Virus record (IMG/VR): IMGVR_UViG_2600255075_000001
Location: 32,001 to 96,000 of that record
DNA length: 64,000 nt
Direction: 5' to 3' (one strand)
Source of the DNA: a virus
Lineage: Duplodnaviria; Caudoviricetes
Shown here: positions 43,139-50,667 of the stretch, piece by piece
How positions within the stretch are numbered: the stretch's first letter is position 1
Layout of the letters: every line of letters begins with the position of its first letter
Made by a program: the position numbers and the translations under genes
The notes under the pieces: generated by a model
Told to the model about the DNA's origin: nothing
The model's input: the letters and a program-made list of their open reading frames with translations, nothing else
Database searches by the model: none

Positions 43139-44314
43139 TTAGCGGGTGTATCTATACAAATAACAGTTACCATGGCTAACAGCGCTTATGCCGTCGCGGG
43201 TCTTTTTAACTAAACGCCTTTGTTGTTTCTCGCTGATAAATTCGTCTGCGATTGGTTTTAGATCCTCAATCTTGATTTCTTGAGTTAAGACACTTTTATC
43301 CGTAGTCTTAACGATTTGGAAAGCTGCTCGTATATTATCGCTTGTACTCCATTTTAAAACTAAAATCTCACCAACATTAAACGGATTGGGTTCAGTTTCT
43401 TTCTTATCTGTCCATCCTTCGGGAATTTTCATTTCTTCGATTTCGGCATATGGATAGTAGCAGTAGCACCCTTTTAAATGCTGGTCAATGTAATCGCCGC
43501 TAACCTTCTTAGGATTTACCTTTAAAACAGTTGCCCAGAGTCCTCTTACTTTTATCAAATAACCTACCTTTACAGTATCTTTGCTATATTCAAAGCCTCC
43601 AATTTCATCCATGCGGTTTTGTAAATAAGCAAGTTTATCGACTTCGTATTCCATCCGATCTAGCAATTTTTGCAGCCATTCTTCATCATTTCTTTCTTCT
43701 GCCTTGACAATATACCTTTCAAGGCTACGAATTTCCTTTTGGCACTCCTCTATCCTGTTATTCAAATAAGGCTTACTATTGAGTTTTGTTTGGTCTGCTG
43801 TTGCATGCGCAGTTTCTGCTCGTTCCTTGAAATATTCGCTTTTTCGATACTCATCGAATCCTTTATGGTAACGGTTTAAAACCCTGTTTCTTTGATTTGT
43901 GAAAGCTCTACCTGCGCTGCTGTTTATATTCGGTTGCGTCAGCCATGACCAGTCTTTGCGCAATTCATCAAACTCCTGTTGCAATCCTTTCGCTCTATTG
44001 GCTGCATTATCTGCGTATTCTTCATAGCGTTCCGCCCTACGTTCTGCTTTCTCCGCTTTCCGTTCTAGCTGTTCAGCATATGACAAACGCTCGCCTTCCT
44101 GTCCTCCGTTTGTAAAGCCCAACTGTTCAGCAACCCGAAGGGCCGAATAATGATTATTCGTTGATTTCGACACCCAAGCTCCTGCATAGCTTGACCATGT
44201 AAAAAACCGCCTCAATTCTTTTTTCTGCACTTCTGGCATTGATTTGTATTCGTCTTTTGTAAAACGCAATTCAATTTTCTGTGTTTCACGATTTAAAATG
44301 TATTGGTTTGACAT
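43139..44314 (-). CDS. DUF3560 domain protein
   Basis: ERRAERY...A...QPNINSSAGRAF...R...KSEYFKERA. Confidence 0.7.
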   Translation of the reverse strand: MSNQYILNRETQKIELRFTKDEYKSMPEVQKKELRRFFTWSSYAGAWVSKSTNNHYSALRVAEQLGFTNGGQEGERLSYAEQLERKAEKAERRAERYEEYADNAANRAKGLQQEFDELRKDWSWLTQPNINSSAGRAFTNQRNRVLNRYHKGFDEYRKSEYFKERAETAHATADQTKLNSKPYLNNRIEECQKEIRSLERYIVKAEERNDEEWLQKLLDRMEYEVDKLAYLQNRMDEIGGFEYSKDTVKVGYLIKVRGLWATVLKVNPKKVSGDYIDQHLKGCYCYYPYAEIEEMKIPEGWTDKKETEPNPFNVGEILVLKWSTSDNIRAAFQIVKTTDKSVLTQEIKIEDLKPIADEFISEKQQRRLVKKTRDGISAVSHGNCYLYRYTR

Positions 44315-44367
44315 ATTTATTCCTCCTATAAAATCGAAATTTCATTGCCTGATTAAAACGTTTTTTG

Positions 44368-44823
44368 TTACTCTTTCCATCCCTTTTTAATCGTTGCAAA
44401 ATCGCCAACTTTAATTATGTGAGCTTTTGTTTTACTCTTGTATATCCTAATAGTAACCGAGTTGTCATCTGCAAAATGAACAGTTCCTTTGCCGCTCATC
44501 TCACCAAATATTGTATCAACCGTGTAACGGACCTTATCTCCTTGATTTAAAGACTGGATAACTTCTCTTTGCATAATTGTTTGAATGAGATCCACTGTCA
44601 AATCATACTTTTCGGCATACTCAAGTGCTTTTTCATATGGCAGACCAACCATACAATAATTCCCCCAATAAGGAGCTACAAAACCGCTGTCACGCCTATA
44701 CGATTTAATATTATTTTCTTTTATATCTAAATCAATCAATTGCTGGAGCGTCTTATACTCCTCTTCTGTTCGGTTGTATATGTTAATTCGAGCCACCTTA
44801 TTTATTCCATTCACATTGAGCAC
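44368..44823 (-). CDS. Hypothetical protein
   Basis: 151-aa ORF. Confidence 0.55.
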   Translation of the reverse strand: MLNVNGINKVARINIYNRTEEEYKTLQQLIDLDIKENNIKSYRRDSGFVAPYWGNYCMVGLPYEKALEYAEKYDLTVDLIQTIMQREVIQSLNQGDKVRYTVDTIFGEMSGKGTVHFADDNSVTIRIYKSKTKAHIIKVGDFATIKKGWKE

Positions 44824-45338
44824 CCCATTATTGTTTTTAGGCTTTGCAACTTTCTCATTACATTAAATCAAATAAAATCAAACTTTTATCGTTCATTAAA
44901 ATACAAAACCTTTATTAAATATGATTTCGATCATTCTTTCATATTCCGATTGTGGCTGGTTAATTCTATCCGATTCAAATGTAAATCCTCTACCGCATAC
45001 ACCAATTAGTCCATTTTCAATGAGAATATAAAATAAATGTTTATTTCTGGGCTCATATTCCTCTATGTATTCAATTACTAAGTTTTGTTTGTAGATGTTT
45101 TCTTGATTTACTGGTCCTCCACCAAAGAAATGTGACACAAGAGAATTATAGAGATTATATATATTTGCATTTATTAATAAGATTACGTCTTCCGTATTTA
45201 ACACCTTATTCTTTACTGCTTGAATCGCTTTTTTAAATTGAGTTTTTGATTCAAATACTTTTTCGGTAACTGCAAAATTAAACATTTTCACTACCTCCAT
45301 TATCCCATCTGAAAAAATACTTGCATACATTCTTTTAT

Positions 45339-45764
45339 TTATACTGCTATGTATTTTGATTTAGGAGAATTTTTCTTATGATATTCAAGCTGCCATAACA
45401 TTAATTCTTTAGTATTATAAGCTTTGCCGATTAGTCTGTTTTTACCTTTGACGCTAGTAGCTTTATCAATTACATGACTCCGCTCACCATAGTAATATTC
45501 TCGTGTATTCTTTTTGAATATGGAGAGAATCCAATACATGTTTTTTTCTTTGTTATTATTGATGTTAGTATAGATAAAACCTCTATTTCCCCAATGACTA
45601 GAAATTTCAGAAAGCCGGTTAATTATAGCTTTTTCATCTGGAAAGAATTCGTACGTTGCAAAAACTGAATCGAGTTTACTTACAATTGGATCAGTAGCTC
45701 CATAATATATTTCCGTTTTACCCTTACTGTTAGAAAACTTTGCAATAACGAAGGCATTAGACAT
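45339..45764 (-). CDS. Hypothetical protein; apparent paralog of 15351..15560
   Basis: C-terminal half YNTKELMLWQLEY..NSPKS aligns with YRTEDKMLLQLEY..EKPES. Confidence 0.6.
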   Translation of the reverse strand: MSNAFVIAKFSNSKGKTEIYYGATDPIVSKLDSVFATYEFFPDEKAIINRLSEISSHWGNRGFIYTNINNNKEKNMYWILSIFKKNTREYYYGERSHVIDKATSVKGKNRLIGKAYNTKELMLWQLEYHKKNSPKSKYIAV

Positions 45765-46013
45765 TCTAAATCCTCCTTATATTATTTTCTTTTACTTTAT
45801 TATAAGACTTCCAACAATGGTTAATTTTTGTTGTTCCTTTTTTAGCTGCCATTTACTCGCAAGGATTGCCAACGCTGTTTTACTCATTGTTTTCCACCTC
45901 ATAATAGTTTTTGTTTTATCTCTTCTTCTTAACTTAATTATGCCACATTCAACTATTTAAATCAATTATTATATTCTTTTATTCTGTAATTGTAAAGCCC
46001 AAATTTTTGGGCT

Positions 46014-46451
46014 TCAATCTTTATGTACAATGTAGAATCGATTATCCTTTTCCACTACTCGATTAAATGTAAACAGATTCTCTATAGGTTCATCAATAAC
46101 CTTTGATAATTTATACATTGTTTTAACGTCAAGGTTGTTATCTTTAAAAATTTGACTCACACGCTGTTTGGTTAAACCTCCAAGTAATTGTCCCAGTTGC
46201 TCCTGAGTTAACCCCTTCTCTTTTGTTACTTCCCTTAGTTTGTTCTCAAACCCTTCGGCCTTAAACACTTCAATTTGTTTATCAATATATTGCGATGCCT
46301 TAGATGAATGATAAATTTCTTTGCAGCTATCGCATTGAACAGCAGGAATGTTTTCAATAACTAAAGTTTTCCCCTCCACGGTTTGCTCAATGGTATCCAT
46401 TATAGGTGACAATTGCTTAGATCCGCATTCGACACACACTTTTAATTCCAT
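46014..46451 (-). CDS. MqsA/YgiT-type zinc finger plus XRE HTH antitoxin
   Basis: CVECG...IENIPAVQCDSCKE followed by an HTH. Confidence 0.8.
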   Translation of the reverse strand: MELKVCVECGSKQLSPIMDTIEQTVEGKTLVIENIPAVQCDSCKEIYHSSKASQYIDKQIEVFKAEGFENKLREVTKEKGLTQEQLGQLLGGLTKQRVSQIFKDNNLDVKTMYKLSKVIDEPIENLFTFNRVVEKDNRFYIVHKD

Positions 46452-46493
46452 GATTCCACTCCCCCATTTTCCTTTTAAAGGGCGAAAGCTTCA

Positions 46494-46790
46494 TTAGTTC
46501 GCCCTAACCTGGTTATCCATAACAGTTATAATAACGATTAATTCATCCGGATTATGTACAAACTTGATAGCTAACCTATGGTCGTGCTGTCCTCCTTTAA
46601 TCTTATAAGATGTCACACCGTCAGGATTGTTTGTATCGGTTCTTAGGATCTGATTAGGATTCGTCAGGATATCTCGAACATCAGCATCTGTTAAACCCCG
46701 TTGAATCATTTGTATCCTTGCATGCTTAGTCATAAAGTAATTACCCTGAGTTGCAAGCGATTGAATTTTAGTAAGTACCGCTGAAACCAT
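46494..46790 (-). CDS. DUF4258 (RelE-like) toxin
   Basis: TKHARIQMIQRGL...IVIITV; directly upstream of the antitoxin. Confidence 0.75.
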   Translation of the reverse strand: MVSAVLTKIQSLATQGNYFMTKHARIQMIQRGLTDADVRDILTNPNQILRTDTNNPDGVTSYKIKGGQHDHRLAIKFVHNPDELIVIITVMDNQVRAN

Positions 46791-46943
46791 TATGTATCAA
46801 CTCCTATCTATAAGTCAAGTATACACTTTACTTTTGACAAAGTCAATAAAATAATTGTATATTACATAGTTTAATTATATTAATTTTCAATCAAGAAAAA
46901 CTGCCCGTCTGGTTTATTAGAACGGACAGTAAGTAGTTTTATA

Positions 46944-47306
46944 TTACTCCATAAGCTTTTTTGCTTCATTTTCCTTTCTACGATAATCAGTAAATACAAC
47001 CATTCTATCAGCCCCATCAGTCTTTAAAGCATACAATATTTCATATCCCATAAGTTCACCGACAATGTTTAATAGGTTAGTCTCATCACCTTCTTTAACT
47101 TTTTCTTTCCATTTAGCATGATAGGCGTCAACCTTCTTTTGTGTACTTTCTGTATCAGTTACATTGTGCATGACATCGTAAGCTATACTCTCCATTACCG
47201 CTTTAGTATCTTTAACAAACTCGCTGTTCATACCACAGGCAGACAAAGTTAAAACCGATAAACATAGTAAGACAGTTATAATTGTCTTAGATAGACGTTT
47301 AATCAT
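46944..47306 (-). CDS. Lipoprotein
   Basis: Lipobox LSAC. Confidence 0.7.
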   Translation of the reverse strand: MIKRLSKTIITVLLCLSVLTLSACGMNSEFVKDTKAVMESIAYDVMHNVTDTESTQKKVDAYHAKWKEKVKEGDETNLLNIVGELMGYEILYALKTDGADRMVVFTDYRRKENEAKKLME

Positions 47307-47945
47307 AGTAAGTTACTCCCTCATATTGGTTAATTTATGCAAATACATTTATATACCGTTGGACCTATATTGGTCTAGCAAATTTTAGGTAGTTTAGGTA
47401 GAAAGGTATATATGTTAAGATTAGTTGTGTGAAAGGATATAAGTAATGGAGATACATAAGGATAAATGTTGGGTGGATTAGATTAGATAGAGTTGCGATT
47501 AATATAGATGGAAATATAAAGTGTAATCATATATTAGTGATCACAAAAAGCAAGCTAATGTAAACTTATGTAGTCTTAAAGTAGTAGTAAAATGTAATCA
47601 TAAAGCAATCAAAAATGTAAAAGACTTTTGACATGTTACAATTGTTACTAGGCGATGATAGCACAAAGTAGATAGCCAATTAGATATAAATCAGCGCTCT
47701 CTTTTTGCTCATTCATTACAATTTTAAACAGAATTATTACACAAGTAAACAAATATAATACTCTATACTTCTCAACACTTCACTTTACCATACAACATAT
47801 ATTATATAGTAAATAAGGGGGGGTATTTTACATCAAAGAGCCGGTTCAATTTCAAAAAAGAGTCCGCAGCACTTCTACTCCTAGACTCAACTTATAAATT
47901 TTCTCATCCTCATTTTCTTCCTCATCTTAAATTTCACCTAAAATT

Positions 47946-47996
47946 CTATCGTAATCCCTATCGTAGGCCTATCGTAATATTGCCGTAACCATCGTA
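47946..47996. repeat. Short direct repeats (C[T/C]ATCGTA x4, about 11-12 bp period)
   Basis: Copies at 47946, 47958, 47969 and 47989, plus a degenerate copy at 47982. Confidence 0.6.
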
Positions 47997-48412
47997 ATAT
48001 CCATCATTTAACGATACCCTTATTAGCCTAATTTTCTCACCAAATTCACCAATTCAACACAAAAAACCCTTGTACAATAAGGGTTTACGATATGATTCGT
48101 TACTAAACTATTTACTTTGACAATTTTATGCACAATAATCCTTATACCTACAACGATTCCAGATATCTAATTTGCCCAGTTTTAATCAACGCTCGATATA
48201 TATCTATCGACAGATAATCAAATCATAATTTATTCAAAATACGAACCGTAAACGACTTGTGCTTATAATTTCATTTCTAAGTCAAAATTCAACACAATTA
48301 TTAATAGATTTCCCAGGTCTAATACTTAATTAATGGTTTCATTCGTTTAACACAGTTGCATCAATAATTCATTGATTAATCTGTGGTATTTTCATGTTTA
48401 CACTTTAGTCAG

Positions 48413-48527
48413 TTAAAAACATAGAAAATGGCATACACCTATAATAGAATAATTAATATATCTATTACTTATATTATATAATACATATTACTCTATTATA
48501 GGTGTATGCCAAAATCTATGTTTTTAA
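48413..48527. repeat. 41-bp inverted repeat (37/41) with a 33-bp AT-rich loop
   Basis: Arms at 48413-48453 and 48487-48527. Confidence 0.9.
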
Positions 48528-48531
48528 ACAT

Positions 48532-49278
48532 TTAACTTTTTCTCCCAGAAATTGAATAAACGTTTGCTTTTGTTGCTTCTCCCCTTCTATTGCTTTGATT
48601 GATAGTAATATAACCCTTGCTTTGAAGTAACTCTAAGTATCTGAAAATCGTCCTTTTAGGAATACTAATACTTTTTTCTAACTGGGTAATGCCTATATCA
48701 AAACCGTTTAAAAATAAATCGCACTTATGACTAATGTATTGATAAATGTAAAATCCATTTAGTCCTATCTCGTCTTGGAGTATTGTTTGAAAACACACGA
48801 AGTCGAATACATGAGTGTTGTCAATTACGAAATATGTACCATCTTTGATCCCAATCTGCTTACTCTCCTCTGTTCTGTAAAATGCTTTTAATGGCTGTTT
48901 TATAAAATAATTTTTGGACATATCGACTAATCTTCTGGTTTCTGCATCTAAACTAAAATATGTAGTAAAACTTAATTCTCCAGTCTCATACTTATATTGC
49001 AAAGGAAAATCCCTTGTTGAATGAGTTAAGCCAATCCGATCTGTAAGTCCATTTCTTTTTATAATTTTATTAATATTAGTGTAGCTTGATGAATACCCAA
49101 GCATTTGTTTAATTTTTTCAGCAGGTATTGGATACTTACAGTAGCGATATAGATAACACAAAAGACAATAATAACAATAAACAGTTGCAATGTTGCCAGT
49201 GTTGATTCCGTCAAAATTTTTTAAGTCATCAAATATCTCGTTATGGATATATACGAGTTCTCTTCTTCTCATTGCCAT
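48532..49278 (-). CDS. Winged-helix DNA-binding protein (possible replication initiator)
   Basis: C-terminal LEKSISIPKRTIFRYLELLQSKGYI...NVY wHTH. Confidence 0.6.
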   Translation of the reverse strand: MAMRRRELVYIHNEIFDDLKNFDGINTGNIATVYCYYCLLCYLYRYCKYPIPAEKIKQMLGYSSSYTNINKIIKRNGLTDRIGLTHSTRDFPLQYKYETGELSFTTYFSLDAETRRLVDMSKNYFIKQPLKAFYRTEESKQIGIKDGTYFVIDNTHVFDFVCFQTILQDEIGLNGFYIYQYISHKCDLFLNGFDIGITQLEKSISIPKRTIFRYLELLQSKGYITINQSNRRGEATKANVYSISGRKS

Positions 49279-49293
49279 AATTTGAGTTTACCT

Positions 49294-50346
49294 CTAGGCC
49301 CTGTTAGCAATCATATTACGAGCTGCCGACCTAACTTGATACCCTAGGCCATTCTTGATTCCCTTTAGTAAGGAGATAAGTTCTTCGCGAGACAGTTCCT
49401 CAAATATATCTTCTTTGATGTCATTTTCCATTTGGATACCGGCCATATTCTCCATTCCTATTTCATTGTTCGCATAGATCATTGTTGTATTAACGTTTTT
49501 GTGATTCCCTTGTCTTTTAGCTCTATGGATATCACCTGTGGTCTCAAGTTCCCAATTAATCGCCACGGTTTTCAAACTGTGAAAAACGATATTTCTATGC
49601 TCCGGTATTCCGAGTTGATTCCTAATTTTTTTCATCATAGCAGAAATAGTCTTAGGGGTAATATGAAAAAATTTGTTATCTGTGTATCTCTTGCAATAGT
49701 GTTGCTGTCTAAGATCCATTAAAGCTTTATATAAGTCCGGACGAATAGGTTTTTTATCTTTTACTCCTCCTTTGTCAATTACCTCAACAATGTAATATTC
49801 ACCACACTCAGACTGGCGAATATTATCCTCTTTTAATGACAGTAATGCGCCCTCCCTTATCGAAGTTGTATATGCCAGTCTGATTAATACGGATTTCTCA
49901 AGACCTTTATCCTGGCTTAAAGCAAGTTCAGCAAACAATCGAGCTTCATCCAAAGTTAGCTTTCCGTAACTTTGGCTATCTGCTGGCAAAAAATCTAACC
50001 TCAGTATGTTGCTCTTAATGGGATACTCGTTTCTTTCAAGATGTTCGAAGAGACTCAATACTGCGGCTATGTAAGCATTAACAGTAGTTTTTTTGTTGTA
50101 TTGATCAATAAGATACTTCTGGTAACGAATCATATCAACATTCCTAAACTGCAGATCCTCACGCTTTAAATCTTCAATATTTTTATTTTTCATATACATG
50201 AAAAATTTTCTGATACCTCTTTCGTAATTTTGTGCTGTGCTGGCGCTTTGAATCTCATGCTTTGATAAAAAAGCTTGAATATCTTCATATACTGAATCAT
50301 GATGCAGACTCACAATATTGTTTGTTGCTTTGTTCAACCTAATCAT
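49294..50346 (-). CDS. Tyrosine recombinase/integrase
   Basis: SAM-like N-domain; R (TSIREG), K (DKGG), HSLK, GNH and catalytic Y (TMIYA). Confidence 0.85.
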   Translation of the reverse strand: MIRLNKATNNIVSLHHDSVYEDIQAFLSKHEIQSASTAQNYERGIRKFFMYMKNKNIEDLKREDLQFRNVDMIRYQKYLIDQYNKKTTVNAYIAAVLSLFEHLERNEYPIKSNILRLDFLPADSQSYGKLTLDEARLFAELALSQDKGLEKSVLIRLAYTTSIREGALLSLKEDNIRQSECGEYYIVEVIDKGGVKDKKPIRPDLYKALMDLRQQHYCKRYTDNKFFHITPKTISAMMKKIRNQLGIPEHRNIVFHSLKTVAINWELETTGDIHRAKRQGNHKNVNTTMIYANNEIGMENMAGIQMENDIKEDIFEELSREELISLLKGIKNGLGYQVRSAARNMIANRA

Positions 50347-50667
50347 CTCCCCTTTTATTTACTAACAATTTATCATTATATAGTAAGGTACGTCAACAAT
50401 ATAAATATTTATTGCATTCTTTTGTTTTATATGCTACCTTTATTTTAAATAGTTTGCTAAGAGCAAATTATAAAATGATAATGGAGGTATGCAATTTAGT
50501 GCGTATGATTGGAGCTTCTTTTGCTAGTTGGCAAGATAATTATTATGATGGGGTTGAAAATGACGAGTTTGAATACCGTGGTTTAGAAAAAGAGATGTAC
50601 GATGAATATATAAACGATACTTCAGACGATTATTTGTTGGCACTTAAAAGGCAAGGAGGTAAAAACA

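Noticed and set aside
835-44889. The palindromes as intrinsic terminators or chance AT-rich matches
   Set aside because: Six-bp A/T stems are too weak for terminators, and the fixed 6-bp spacing, copy number and junction placement argue against chance.
684-45668. Many short plus-strand ORFs in the track that overlap minus-strand genes
   Set aside because: They are antisense shadows with no RBS or recognisable motif. Only rsfA and the XRE gene at 35233 are credible plus-strand genes in this range.
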